From assembly GCA_050575255.1 (NCBI GenBank), contig JBNZDD010013686.1:2913286-2977285 (forward strand): a stretch of 64,000 bases of DNA, read 5' to 3'. Shown one piece after another: positions 24,813 to 39,104 of this stretch (the stretch's first letter is position 1; every line of letters starts with the position of its first letter). The notes beneath the pieces are model-generated. The model saw only the letters and a list, made by a program, of their open reading frames with translations. It was not told the DNA's origin and searched no databases. A program made the position numbers and the translations under genes. This DNA is from Harriotta raleighana (Eukaryota).

Positions 24813-27800
24813 ATTTGATCCCTCGAGCTCTCAATTAAAATATGTCTAACATTTCAAAGATTTAGCACTTACTAAATGGAATTATGGAACCTTGGTTACA
24901 TATTTAAAAGTTTTCATCACAAATCTTTAGTTTACTTATATTTAAATTATTATACAAGGGTACTAAAATGTGATTTTTATTATAAATAATTCACTAAGTT
25001 TTATTAATGAAAACTTGAGCAAGAAAATTGCAATTATTTATAATTATGCGAGAATATAGTATACTTACTGGTACTGGAATATTCTGGGCATTGAAGACAT
25101 GACTAATGGGAGTATTGAAACAGGATAATTTGTCAAATTTCTATTGCATCAATTTTCCTGTACTTGTGAGCAAGAAAATAGATGGTAGGTTGTATGGCAT
25201 GATGTAAATTCTGATTGCAACAACATCAACAATGGGTTACTGCTGAAAACTTATTTCATTTCCAGAACTATGCCATCAAATTGCATTGATATCTTAAGGT
25301 TTTTGTGAGCTTATGTTTTGAACACCACTCTAATTAGTATTCAATAAAATGGCATGCAATTGCCAGCCATAATATTCTTGCCTCTGAAACAAAAGGTTGT
25401 GGACTCAAGCCGCCTATTGGGACCTTGAACTAATATAGTATGTAATATTAAATCTTCAACATTACAATAGGAAGTGTCCATGAAAGAATTCTGAGCAGGG
25501 ATTTGTTTAAAGCAGTTTAATGGCTTCCAAAATATTTTTATTGGAAAGCTGACAGACAGTGAAACTCACAAGGAAATCTAAACAATGTTCAACATTATTA
25601 CCTCCATCACCCCAATCCCACCTCACCCCACCCTGCAGGCACGTGCATTGCTCAATCCACAGGAAAGAACATCAACACGAGTTTCTCTCCATACACAAAC
25701 CATTGCTACAGTTAATACATAAAGTGTTGTGTTTTATAATTAATATTCTACAAGCAAATTAGAGAGAATGCTCACTGTAATAAACATTAGCATTACTCAT
25801 CCCTCTACACTTGATTCAACCATAGTCTAATTCAATCCATTCATTTAGTCAAGTGGAAAGTCCGCTTTACTAAAGCGCTGATATGTGTCCTAGTTGATAT
25901 ACAGACAATCTAATGAATTTATCATTGCTCAATTAATTCATGAAAAATGCAGCTGAACATAAACTCTAATCATTGAATTCTCGGAAATTGTGATAAATCT
26001 TTCCTATAGGTTCAACATTTCACTATTATACTCGCCTTGGCTTTTAGTTTTATACCATTCACTGTGAATAACAATTTATGAAGTTATTGCTTTTATTCTC
26101 CTTCAAAACTGGATTGTAGTTATTTTCCCATCCATATACAGTATATGAAGCATTTTAACATTTAGCAGAAACATCCATTTTGATATTATATCTGAACTAA
26201 GGGACTACACCACAATCCTTACTGATGACCCTCTATTAGTCAAAATGCCAAGACCTAAACAGATTGTCCTGTAATTACACACAGAGTATACAAACACACT
26301 TTGAAAAGAATAGATACAAAGGTTTCCAGTGTCAGTCTATGCTAATGCAGATTATCATCTCTATGTACACACAGTGTATAGGTTATGTAATCTGTTCAAA
26401 GGCCATTTAAGTGTTCACCACTGCTAGTCCTGTGATTCCATAAACTTCATCAGTTTATATCTTGCTGATATTCTGATTCATTTGTTTTATGAGTCGTAAT
26501 TTTATTTTTAAACATAATTTGAATCAATAACAGAAGTAGTATTTCTAAATATTGGTGGATTCCCAGAGTGACATTATCTATTTGCAGCATAGAGGGCAAC
26601 AGTGCAATAGTTTTCACAATAAAGATAGTTTGGGGTGGAATTTCAAAGGGACATTGTTTTTTTTTCCTGCTGTTTACACTTTAGAAGCTGCTCAAGTATC
26701 TATTTTTGTATAATTCCCCCTTTGTTAGGGTGCTTTTCTGATGCACTATTGGTAGCCTAAAAGAGTGGACAGAAAAAGTTCTCACAGCTAATCATTTTTT
26801 GCCTCCCGAGCATCCTCCTCAGAGATGCAACTGTCAGCTGAAGCCACCCTTTCTCCTTCGTTCTTCTTAGTCAAACGACCAGCCTGTCATCCACAGTCCT
26901 TCACATTCCTCCTGAGACTAGGACCTTCCCGTGTGATTAATCATAAACTTTTGAACCTTTTACTGAATAATTAATGCTTCTGATTTTCAGGTTTAAACAA
27001 AAACTTCTGATAACACACCCCAATACAAATAAAAACAAAATTGGTTTTTATCCACTGAAATGGTTCCCTGTTCTGCTCATGCCTCACTTTAGGCAAGGGA
27101 AAGACATCAAGAATTCCCATTCCTGACCCCTATCCAGTGTTCACTGCTGGTCCACCTTTAAAATTGCAGGTATCAGACTGCAAAAGAATCAGACTAAACG
27201 ACGATAAAAATGCCAACATTCACTGTTAAAACTCACATAAGAATAATAGTCACTTGGGTGAGATATTGGGAGGATAATCTGCGGTATAGAATTGCAGAGC
27301 AGAAGATGGGAAAAGTACTTAATTTAGTAGAGAAGAAAACTGGTGGAGGAAGTTTGAAAACTATGGGGGCAAGGGAATAAACGTTTGAAATAATTGCAGG
27401 TTCCAAAAAGAACATTACGTCTTAATGTATATTAACTCTATCATGAAAACATTTCAACGGTTGGTTTTATTCTTTTGGAGTATTAAACAGATTTTTTAAA
27501 ATGTTTTGTGTGAAATAAACGTTACCTATGTTCTTGAACAGGAATGTTGGTGAACTGCCTCAGTATAAATTATTATGCAAATAGATTTTGACGTTGAGAA
27601 CAAAAGCTAAAACAAGTGCCAAATAACTCAGGACATTTCATCAGTTTAGTAAAAATAATTAACTATGAATCCTTCTATTTGATTAATTGTATCAGCATTG
27701 TATCTGTGCTTGTCATAATAATTAATATAATGGCAATGGTTTGCATACTAATAGAAAAACTGGTAGTTTCACAGAAGTTAATTCTTGCCATCCTAATTAA

Positions 27801-28519
27801 CGGCACATGCATATAAGCTTTGTAAAAGGAAACAAACTAGGTTTTATAAATGCATAATTATTCTTCTACTTCATCAAACTGTTTTTTTGTGAAAGTGACA
27901 TACTGAGACTGTCAAACATTGCTGATAATGGAGATAATAGGCATATATTCCTTATGTCACTGAGGGTATTATTGAAGAACCTTAATTAGCTTAGGTACTT
28001 ACTGCACCTTGGAAAGTATTTAATTAACTACTGTCTGAAATAATTAGCTTCAGGTTACTGATGATTTCATTAGCTTTGGTTTCTCCACTTTACACAGACA
28101 GTGAGGTTAGAGTAACTCTGCCCGGTCTGGTGACAGGATAATGGATAAGGAGTCTAGGAAACATAATGGCAACCTTGACCAGCTTAATGAAAAGGAGAAA
28201 GACAAAGATAAAGGAGAATATAATGACTATTGGGCCTGGTCTGAAACTGTATTGTAAAGGTCATGAATCTACAGGCCATACAAAAGTTAACAATTGTAAA
28301 GTTATGATTGTAGTTGGCTACTATAATGAATTAATCTTACCAAATAACAGTAAGATGAATCTCAGTTTGAAATCTGAAAATAGAACCTGAAAATGTTCGA
28401 TATACTTGGAAGGTTGGAACAACAGGATGTATCAAGCATTTCCTTTCAACTTCTAGCCATTTCTTTACTGCAACATTTTTCACAACCTGATTTAGTGTAC
28501 TGCTGGATTAAATAACTCC

Positions 28520-28652
28520 ATTAATATGAGGGAGAAAGGAATAGATGGATATGGGAGGGAGGATTAGTAGTTGAGTCATGCGAATAGAAGCACCAGCCTA
28601 GATGAGATGGGTTAAATGGCCTTTTTCCATGCTATAACACTCTGTGTGATTC
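28520..28652 (+). mobile_element. CR1 LINE 3' tail remnant
   Basis: gggagaaaggaatagatggatatgg...gatgggttaaatggcctttttccatgct. Confidence 0.6.
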
Positions 28653-28879
28653 TTTGACTTAACTATTGAAGTAATTCTTATTATTGCAACAGAAAACAAA
28701 TTTAAAAACATTGAAACAATAAGTAATATGATTACTTATAATAATCACCCATTGCACAGAATGCCAAACCATAGGAAAACATTTCTTATAGTGGTTGGGT
28801 TGTGGCCACTGGTGGTATTATGCATCACAGTGATAGGTAGCCTTTACAATAGATCTTTAGATGTACTAGTTTCGCCATT

Positions 28880-29560
28880 GGATACTGGGTAAAAGCACTC
28901 CACACCAGAATAGCATTGAGCCACAAGACGAGAAACTCACAATTTTGATTCCCAGTGAGTCCTGCTTTACCAAACATCAGTCAGACTAAAACAGCCGATC
29001 TTGGAACGCCTCAGTTGTAGAAGGGAAAAAGAGNGGAGAAGGCAGGATTCCAGCTTCCAGTGCACTATACCAGAATATGCCCAAGTGTGAATCAATCAAT
29101 CAATCAATCAAAATTACATTTATATAATGCCTTTCATTTTGGGAGGATGTCCCAAGGAGCTGTACAGTCAAGTAAAATAGGAAAAATTTACTATATATTT
29201 GTGGGCGAAACACAGCAGCCAAATTGCACACAGCAGTGTCCCACAACAGTCATCGAAGTGGGGTTAGGGGAAAAAGGGGGGAAAGATGGCAAGGGGAGGG
29301 GTCAGGGTAGGGGGAAGGAGAACAGGAAAAACTGACCGTATATATTTGTGGGATGTCAGAATCAGGCATTGGTTGTGGCATCTTGCCACACTCACCCTTC
29401 CCCCCAACACCACCCAACTCTGTCAACATTAATTTTCTCCCGCACATATGAAGAATGGCCACTTTGCAAGGTGTCGGAATGATGCTGTCATCCAAGAAAC
29501 TGAACCCCATTAAGAGTCAACAATCTCACAAAAGGGGAAGTGGAGAAAAAAAACATTCAT
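28880..29560 (+). mobile_element. Old SINE family 2, split by a later insertion at ~29090-29352
   Basis: 5' part (tgggtaaaagcact...gagccaca...tttgattcccag) and 3' part (cacatatgaagaatggccact...ggagaaaaaaa) flank the insert. Confidence 0.6.
29090..29352 (-). mobile_element. Second copy of the (GATT)n-tailed retroelement 3' region
   Basis: Collinear with 18288-18560. Confidence 0.7.
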
Positions 29561-29767
29561 TTGTAACTATAACAATAGCATATATATGATGTCATCAATA
29601 GAGTGGTACATATTATGTTGTATGTTAAAATGTTAGCACATATCCAATCAAAAGTTGATCAAAAGTCAGAAATCAAAAATAGATCAGCTGAAAATATTTA
29701 AAACAGTGCAAAAACAGATCTATTTATTGATGCTTTCACTTTTTTTCACAAGTAAATAGCTCTTAAG

Positions 29768-30053
29768 TAATAATAATCATTGTATTTGATATCACACTTT
29801 TCACATCTTCTAGATGTCTCAAAGCGCTTCACAGAATATACCGTAAGGTGAATTGACTGTATATTTGAGGGCAGCAGCCAAATGCACACAGCAGTGTCTC
29901 ATGAACAGTTGTGGATCGAATGATCAATTTATTATTGTATTTTTGCTTGAGGTATTAATAGTTGTGTGGAGTAGGTAAATTTTCTCAAGGTTTCACTCAG
30001 CCATGAATCGAACCAAGTTCTCTCGCTCTAACCACTGAGCAACAGGACTCCAC
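29768..30053 (-). mobile_element. SINE family 1, diverged full length
   Basis: Tail, body and head (gaatcgaacc...ctaaccactgagcaacaggactccac) recognisable. Confidence 0.85.
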
Positions 30054-30209
30054 AAGTGACATGTTTTTAGTGAATCTTCAATATATTTGAGTACCAACTT
30101 ACTGTTTTACCGTATTCTATTATTTTTCTAGCTCAATACATCTTATAGATTATATTTGACAGTGGTTGTGTTAACATACATACCATGCTTATTCTGCCGG
30201 GGCACCTTT

Positions 30210-30548
30210 AATAATAATAATAATAATCCTTGCATTTGATATAGCGCTTTTCACATCTTATCAACGTCTCAAAGCGCTTCACAGAATATACTGTAAAGTG
30301 AATTGACTGTATATTTGTGGGAGGAATGCAGCAGCCAATTGCGCACAGCAGTGTCCCACAAACAGTCGTGGATTGAAATGACCAATTTTATTATTGTGGG
30401 TTTTTTTGGGGGAGGGTTTATTATTAGGCATGTGGAGTAAGGAAGCTTGCCCAAGGTTTCACCCTGATCTGCCTGGATTCGAACACAGGTCTCATGCTTG
30501 TAAGGCATGTAAGGTGAGTGCTCTAACCACTTAGCCACAGGAGCTCCA
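30210..30548 (-). mobile_element. SINE family 1, young full length
   Basis: Minus strand: A box TGGCTAAGTGG, B box GTTCGAATCC, (TTA)n tail. Confidence 0.92.
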
Positions 30549-33500
30549 AGGTATATCCAAGGTAAATAAAAATCCTATTAAAAATAAATTGGCAGAGCTG
30601 ATGAAAACACCAAATGTTCAGCAACTGAAATTACATTGTTGGTTTCTTTCTTTCATTTCATCAACTACATTTATGGTCCTATTCGCTAGTAAATTCATAA
30701 CACCGTAACTTTAATACTGTATAACTCATAATACCTTGGAGTCTCTGCATGAACTATTTACTTGTTGAACAACAAAAACAAATTATATTTGTATACTGCA
30801 GGGAGTAAAGTAGAAACAAAAATGAAAATGGCTTGGATTTGAAGTTAAAAAAATGAATTAAGAAAAATCAGGCAGAATTTAGATTGCATAATATTTGCTT
30901 CGAATATGAAGGTTCTGAGAGCAGCTGATCAATCTCATTGGTAGATAAGTGCCTACAAAAAATACACAGTCACATTACTTTCGAGTACGTTCTGCAAAGT
31001 GCTTTGAGATATCTTCATGACATGGTAAGATGCTATATCCAATGCAAGGATTACTATTATATAAAATCTTTTTTTATTATAATGTTATTTATTATAATAT
31101 AATAATAAACTAGTTGAATTACTTCCTAAATGTCATTCATTCTTTCTGCAGATTACAATGTTTTCAGAATACTTGTCAACTGTTACTTTCTCTGTTAGCG
31201 CAACAGCCACATACTGCAATTTAAAAAATAAAATTGTTGAAACTATTATTCTTATTTGAACTTTTCTTCCTGTGTTTTTGCCTCCAATACATCCCACTTC
31301 AACATTTAGAAAATAGCCTCACTGTTTCCAAATATTGCCACATTGTTATAGTTTTATTTTCAATAACATCATTTCTAAAAACTTGCATTGAGATAAAGCT
31401 TTAAAAGTTTCACTTTTACCAAGCAAGCCATCATTTTATTTCAGCCTCTTATACTGAAAACAATTGTCCCATGTCGACACTTCAAAATATCTACACAAGA
31501 AGTGTTTATAGTTATTTGAACTCAGTGATTATTTTCCAAGCTGAAAAAGAACATTTCAAAATGATCAGTCCATTGGATGAACTAACAAAATTACTGATGT
31601 ATCTGGTGTGCTCAAAAACAAAACTAAAGCATAGAGGCAGTACTGTATTACATTTCGTTGTCTCATACTGTTGAATGCTTATGAGTATAACACGTTAAAT
31701 CATATTGTTTGCTTCCTGTATCTGAACCCTGAGAATAACTAACAATATGTTATATAAATTGCGGATTCTATTTTCCCTTTTCTCTTTAGCTTTTACATAA
31801 TGATTTTCAATGAATCTGCATGTAGCATGAGAAATGTATCAGGTGGTGGTACTTTATCACTGTCCTGCACTTAGTCATTTTTTTCCTCACGTTTCTCAGT
31901 GCCTTACCACCTATGTGTACGAAGGCTAAGTACACTTTCTGAACAATGACAGAACAGGAAAAGGTCAACAGAGAGCTGGTGTACTACCCCCCAAAAATGC
32001 ATCACGGTGAACTTAAATCAAATTGCCTAGTTTCAGAGTATTAATGCCAATGAAAGAAGCACTTACCATTGAAATGTGTTCATTTCCTTTTAATGTGTAC
32101 AGAAATTCTCATCACTTCCTCCCCTACAAAGGTGTACCATTATTTCAAGGTGCAGAGAGCTCAGATACGGATAGGATGAAGGACAGAAACTTGTCCATTT
32201 ATCAAACTCACTCCCTCACACTAAGGAAGATGTTCCAATGCTGTGCAGTGAAAGAACTACAGGACTGAGACCTTCTCATTCAACCAAGATTGGTTCATAC
32301 AAAAGTCGACAATACACCATTGAAAGCCATTGTTGATATTCAACATTTTTTAAATAGCTGAACAGAATAGACAATATGGCTGAGCGGAAAACTTGGTCAG
32401 GAGTTGACCCGGAGTTAGTGTGCTATTAAAACAAGAAGCTCAGACATGTATCCATAATGAACAGACACGTTAACTTACAAGAATGTAAATAATAAATGCT
32501 TGTACTGTGGATAATTGTGAACTTTACATTTCTGCCAGTCTAAAAGCAGTTGTCATTAAAACAACAAGCTAGGGGCCAGTGTCTGCAACAGCTAACTTTC
32601 ACATGCACGAGAAAACAAGTCTTTTGTCAGCACAAAAAAAAAGCTGATACTTGCCCATGGTATACCGTGTTTGTCAAAATGTAAAACTGAAAAACAAACA
32701 AAAATTGATGTTTATAAATGTAACTGGCCTGGCATAAAACCAAAGCGTTTTAGCAAGTGAATAGATTCTTTAATAATTGTGCACAATACATTTTCAAACT
32801 GTCCATAAGTCATGGTAACCAGTCATGAGTCCACTTCACATGTTGATTACCACCAGACTCTGGGGTTAGTAAGCCACACAACTAAATACTGCTATAGGCT
32901 GCTTTTTTGATAGCTTAGGCTCCAAGCATTTCATTCTACGAAGCTTCTGGAGACAATGCAAATACAATAGCACATTCATATTTTACACTTGACAAACCGT
33001 AATCTCACTTTGTGTAAAAGTTTAATTGTTATTAATGAAAGATGACCGAGAGGATAGGCGCGGAGGCGACTGAAAATGGGAAATTCATTGAAATAGGCTC
33101 GTCTCAAATCCCTAACCTCAAAGGTGGTACCTAAACATGAATGATGAGGAAAAGGGGCTTCATCTAACAGCAGTTAACTGCACTCTGTCAAAGCTAATAG
33201 AGAGGCAGTCAGGCTTCTGGTTACTCCTGGGCGTCACCTTTTTGGGGAAAATAAGATCATCTGTCCTGTCCAGTATCAGTTCTAAATATGACAGATGAGG
33301 TTTTCATTACCATCATCCCGAGGCTTTTGAGAAATTTTTCCTTTCAGTAAGTGCCAGAGCCACTTGAATATGTTATATTCATCTGAAAATTGCAGCTATC
33401 ACACACAGTGCTATCAATGCATTACCTGACCATGTATTTCAGTATTCAGGCATTGAAACCTTTGCTGTCTGACTCCGAGCAGAAATACAAGCTGTCTGCT

Positions 33501-34414
33501 TTACAATCTGAGATACACCTAAACTATTACACATCATCAAAGCATTAATTTAACTATTACGTTACATCAACCGAAATATTGTGGGAAAGGGATATGTAAT
33601 ATCAGTTTATTCGTGGGAAACAGCAATAACAGGTGTCTGCCGGGTTTGTATGTGACACAGAGCTCAGAACTCAAGAACATTTTTAGGTACTGTTGTTAAT
33701 TCAGTTTGAAGGATGGTTTCATTTTTTTTTACAAAAACACAGATTGGAAATCTCAGGGATTTTCCCACATCGGTGGAGAGGTTCATACTGACAAGTTACT
33801 AGAAACAGCGCCAGCAAAATGATTGTAAGACAGTGGTAAACAAAGCCTTCAAGATTAAAAAGTAACACGCTTATATTACACGCTTATATTAAAGGCTACA
33901 CATTGTTGAATATTATAAGCTTTCAAGATATAACATATAAAGTTGTTTGTAAAGTTAATGTCATTATCATTATAATTATTATGTGTATAATTGTGAGGAT
34001 TTTTGGAGGATTGATTTTACGTTATGTCATGTGAGTTCATGGATCTGTGGAAGGTTGCATAACTGCTGCAAAAAAGAATAGAAGCTGTTACTATAGTGAC
34101 TGGGAGACATATATACGATCTCAGATAGTACTGAAAATTCATTGTAAACTCAAGATTTAGAGAATCTCAAAATATGTTTCATACATCCATTTTGTAAGAT
34201 TAAATATACGTGTGAAAAAATATCTCAAAGGATCATGATCAAAAAGATTATAGAGAACGTATTACTAAGCGAGTCACCTCACGTGATAGAAATTTCTGAC
34301 CATGTGATTTTTAAACCTGTGGCAAATCAAATTTTGTCATTACTAACTTTAATCAAATCCACATGTTCGATATAACATCTTTCACATTGGGAAGATGTCT
34401 CAAAGTGCTTTACA

Positions 34415-34597
34415 GCAATGTCGCACCAAAGGAGGCCATTCGGCCTATCGAGTCTGTACCGGCTCTTTGAAAAGAGCAATTCAATCCCACTCCCCAGCCT
34501 CTCTCCCCATAATCACGCAAACCCGTTCTCCCTAAATAAATGTCTACCTCCTTTTTAAAAGATGTTATTGAATCGGCTTCCACCACCTTTTCAAGCA
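34415..34597 (-). mobile_element. CR1 LINE 3' end nested in a DeuSINE remnant (~34370-34770)
   Basis: Encodes EKVVEADSITSFKKEVDIYLGRTGLRDYGER, typical of the CR1 ORF2 C-terminus, plus ataggccgaatggcctcc 3' motif. Confidence 0.85.
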
Positions 34598-34819
34598 AAC
34601 TTAATGAACAATTTTCCCAAAGGGATTGTTGGGTAGGAAACTTGGAGATACTTTATTTTCAGTGGTGTGGTGGGCTCCTTAACCATTCACATAAATATAC
34701 AGACAAGACCTTGGTTTAATGTCTCATTCAAATGCCTAAACCCCAAGCAGTGCATTGAAGTGTTAGTTTAGAGTTCTTGGAAAAAGTTTCTCGCTATAAC
34801 CTCGCCTACAATTGTCCAA

Positions 34820-34973
34820 ATAAAATTGATCATTTGCTTCATGAATGTTTGTGGGATATTGCTGTGTTGCAAATAAAAATACAAATACACAGATTTACAG
34901 ATCCTGTGAAGCACTTTAACATGTTCTGATGATGTGAGAAAGCAACAGATCAAATGCAAGGATTATTATTATT
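34820..34973 (+). mobile_element. SINE 3' half
   Basis: tttgtgggatattgctgtg...ctgtgaagcacttt...aaatgcaaggattattatt. Confidence 0.75.
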
Positions 34974-35940
34974 TTGTCAATCGTGTCAAACATTCCAAGT
35001 GGACTTGGGAAGTTTCTGCACATGAATTTAACCCAGAGCTGACTGCATGATATTTCTGCTGGGCATTGTCTTCATTTTATTTCATCACAATTGCAGTAGC
35101 TGATTTGCACCTCATACAATGTGATGTGTTAAATTCACACATTCATACAGAGTAAAACAACAGTGCTTAACTGTTTTGTTCTCCCCTGTATGAAGTGTGA
35201 ACGACCTTTCTGAGTCTGTTAGAGACCGTAAAATTTGTAAAGGTAAATCTTGCTCACATTCAATAGTTTAAATGGGATTACAATCAGTGTCTACTCCCAA
35301 TATTCCTTCCTCTTTCAAATGCAGAATTTATCTTCTAAAATAAAAATTTGAAATCCAAACCATGGATGAGCATTTCAAAATTCAAATGGGTGCACTGATG
35401 AATAATAATAATAAACCAAGATATTAAAGTTGTTACGATTAGAGATATCCATACCCCTCTGTAATAATACTAATATTTGATTATAGGGATATGCCCCTAA
35501 AGTGAAACACACTAAACAAATATAATTTTGTTGTTGTTGTTGCAGTACCTTTCACAGTGGAACGACATCTCAAAATGCCAACAAAACAGGCAGACAGGAT
35601 CTCAGTTCAATGTTTCATCCATCGGACATGATCTTTAACAATATAAAATTCCTCCAGAACTGTAATACAGCAAAACAACATGAAATTACACTTGTATCCT
35701 GCCTTTCATGTCAATAGTGTCTGGCTGGGCTATGAGCTCAAAGTTCTGATATGAGACTTGAACCCACAACCTTCTGACTCGGAAGCAAGAATGCTGTTGA
35801 CTCTTATTCAAATGTTAGATTTCAGATCGTTCTGAAGAAACAGAATTCAATCTGCTTTCCCCCAAATTGATCACTGATTGGAGAGACTTTATTTGTAGTT
35901 GTTTAAGTAATCCAAGATCCTACTCAATTCAAAGGGTGCT

Positions 35941-36090
35941 TGTATAGTTCCGACGAAGGGTCGTGGATCCGAAACGTTTTCCTTTCTCCATAGATGCTGC
36001 CTGACCTGCTGAGTGTTCCCAGCGATTTCTGTTTTTGTTTCAGATTTCTAGTATCTGCAGTATTTTGCATTTTTCTAAATTACAGTATAT
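35941..36090 (+). mobile_element. Short Penelope-like element with mutated hammerhead motif (copy 1)
   Basis: agttCCGACGAagggtcgtggatccGAAACgtt followed by agatgctgcctgacctgctgag...; matches 39755-39912 and 49065-49227. Confidence 0.7.
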
Positions 36091-36822
36091 ATATATATAT
36101 AAAAACGCAAGTTGTTAGCTGTGCTAAACTGATCATTGCAATGAATGGTTACATTACATTCTTAACTATGACCACATTTCAGTATTGAACACGCTTGAAA
36201 ACAAAAAAAATGTTCCTACCAAACAAACTAGCGCTCACTAGGTGAATATCTGAAACCTCACTGGCAGAGAATTAAAAAAAATTAAAATTTATTTTGAAAA
36301 AAAACATGTTTGCTTGTCAGTATCATTTTGCAAACGAAACATATTTGAAAAATAAACACGATTGCAACTGGCCATATTGTGTTACATCCCAGTACTATAT
36401 TTTCAAATGAGCAAAAACAAAGCTTAGCAAAATGGTACATTCGACGGCCAGGGACAAGCTGTGAGAGAAATGTGTGCTGGAAGCAGGAAATTTTGATTAT
36501 ACAATAAGTGTGACTAGTAACACTGTGCAGCAAATAGCTGTCATCACAAGTTTGGAAATTATGGAATGCATCTCGTGTATGTGCGATAACAGGTTCACCA
36601 AATGAGCCTTAAAGTGAGACGCCAGCATTCGAACAAACAAAACATCCAAACAGCTGTGTGCTGGCGCTTGGCCAACTGTAACCCTGGCAACATGGTTCTC
36701 ATAACTGCTGCTCAGCTTTATGTGGCATCGGTACCACAAACAAATTATGCCTGTGCTACATAGCTGACATCAACGTAACAAACACCCTCACGCTGGCTCT
36801 TATATCTGCCAGCATCCTACTT

Positions 36823-36836
36823 GTCACTATGGCAAC
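36823..36836. promoter_or_regulatory. RFX X-box-like motif GTCACTATGGCAAC
   Basis: Fits GTYNCYATRGNAAC; lies in a repeat-free tract. Confidence 0.4.
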
Positions 36837-39104
36837 GGTTGCATGCAAGGAAAAAGACTGCCAACTCAAACCAAAACTCCATCGCTACAAGATATTTTAA
36901 ATACAACAATAACCGAAGAACATAAAATTGTATGATGGGGTGGAAGGCAATGAACATGTCTATTTACACTTGCAGGGGAAGATAATCACTTCTAGCCTCT
37001 CTTTGGGAAGGGTGTTATCTCCTATCTTTCCCCTTCCTTACTATCTTTCCAATTGTTCCTTGCTTAGTGTCTGGCTCAGCCCTGCCATTATGAGGCACCC
37101 TGAGACATTATCCTTTGTGAAGGGCGCTTGCTATATAAATGCAAGTTGTTGTACACTCAGAATAAGGAAGGCTACACTAATTTCCTACATGAATTCTCCA
37201 TCCTGGACAGTTGAATTGTTTGTGGGGACTCACTGTCCAAGTGTATACGCTAAAAATGGCTGTAGCACTTATTGACAAAGTGCAGCGTGTTTAGATATAT
37301 TTTCATTAGTCGAGTGCAATGCGTAACTATAATTAAGAGCATCCAGGTTAGACTAAAAGTTCCACAAATATTCTGCCTATCCAATAATGCCCTGCTCTTA
37401 TCCCAGGAAGATCCTAGGTAAGTGGAGGCAAGTCTGGCCTATGTAACTTAGTCCTCATCAGGCAGTTCCTTTACCCACTAAACCATCAGGGTAAGTCGTT
37501 TACACGACTCTTTTAGTAATTCTTACAAATTATATATCATAGTTATTGTACAGTAAAGTGGAATTTATAACTAAAAAGATGGACTTCAAAATCAATTCAA
37601 AATCTATTAAGAAATAGTGATTTGCACAAAACAAAATAATTCTGTTGTACAGAATATTCACAGGCTAATTGAAGCTATTATGAAACTTTTTTTTCTAATT
37701 AGTTAATCCATTATTTCAAGTATTAAAGTTCTTGATAATCGATTTCTTTGTCTCTTGGTAATTATGGCACTGCTGTAAATTCTATGAAACGCAATAAGAC
37801 TCATTAACACCCATGTTGAAACATACTTAGATTACATAAGAGGAAAAGAAGATTGGAGATTTAAAACTCTTAAGTGTTCAGCTCTAATAATTGAGAACAA
37901 ATTGTCATTTGTATCCCAATCATCATTTCATGAGTGAAAGACCATTCTCGTTCATGAGAAAGAATATATTGAATTTGTGAAAATTTGCCAATGAGGGGTT
38001 GATAGTGTGATTTAATCATAATAATGATAATAATGCTATAGTGTGATGATAATGATAACAGTGATAGAGTTTTAAAACATGGAAACAATCGTCCACTTAA
38101 TATGAAAGCTGATGTCCAACATATATATACTGTATATACTGTGTATACTGATTGAAATTGAAGCATCTTATAAATCAATAATTGTTGGTTTAGTTGAATG
38201 TATCAGAACAAACCCTATTGCTAGCATTAAAATGATAGAAAAACATGAAAACTGGAGGAAAGAAATGTTTCATCATTAAAGAAGCAATCAGGATCAAACA
38301 AAAATATGACATCCGTCGAAAAGAAATAGAGGGTAGCTCATCCGAACCAACACAAATGTGACATGGAATAAAAATTTTGCTTGAAAAGAAAATGATATCT
38401 TGTGGAAAAACAAATGTGAGAAGCAAATCTTACAGGTCAATTTCCAAGAGAAATGAAAGAATAAGGCCTAGATATGAACAAAATCTACAAATGGTTGACC
38501 AACTGAGACTTCCCACATTTTCCATCACCATGCTTAACAGTATACGAACCAAATGTTGTACATTTACATGTGGCAACAATATTTAGAAGTATGCTTGTAG
38601 ATGTATGTATACATGTGTTGGTACACGGGTGAGTGAATGAGGAAAATAGCACACATACACACACAACCACAATACATCGCGGTTGGCTGAGTACAACACT
38701 TGCTGATTTTGCTAAATACTTGAGATCCAAACTTTAAACACAAATCTGGAAGATGTTGTTCAATATTTGCACCATTTCTGTGCAAATATTGATGCCTGGA
38801 GATTTTGAGAAGTTGAATTTTTTGCAAACTGGCAATTTGCTAATCAGCAAAGATGAGCAAATAGCACATGCCTAGTAATTTGTTCAGCAATGTCTCTATT
38901 TGAATGTGAAGATGGTATTTAATTAGCATAATGTTTGTGGCAAGTGATCATTTTCATAATTCTGCAGTTGATGAATAAACCATAATATAAAACAATCAAG
39001 AAATGATTAATAGACGGTTATGTAAGATTGCTGTAGCTACATTAATGCAATGTGTTGTATTTTATAACTTTAAGACTGTTTAATTGACTAAATAAATAAA
39101 TTTA

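Noticed and set aside
25069-25158. Minus-strand donor /GTAAGT with upstream acceptor
   Set aside because: All three frames contain stops
32067-32123. 57-nt AG/GTAAGT-bounded minus-strand segment
   Set aside because: Stops in all three frames; a non-coding or poison exon cannot be excluded but is unsupported
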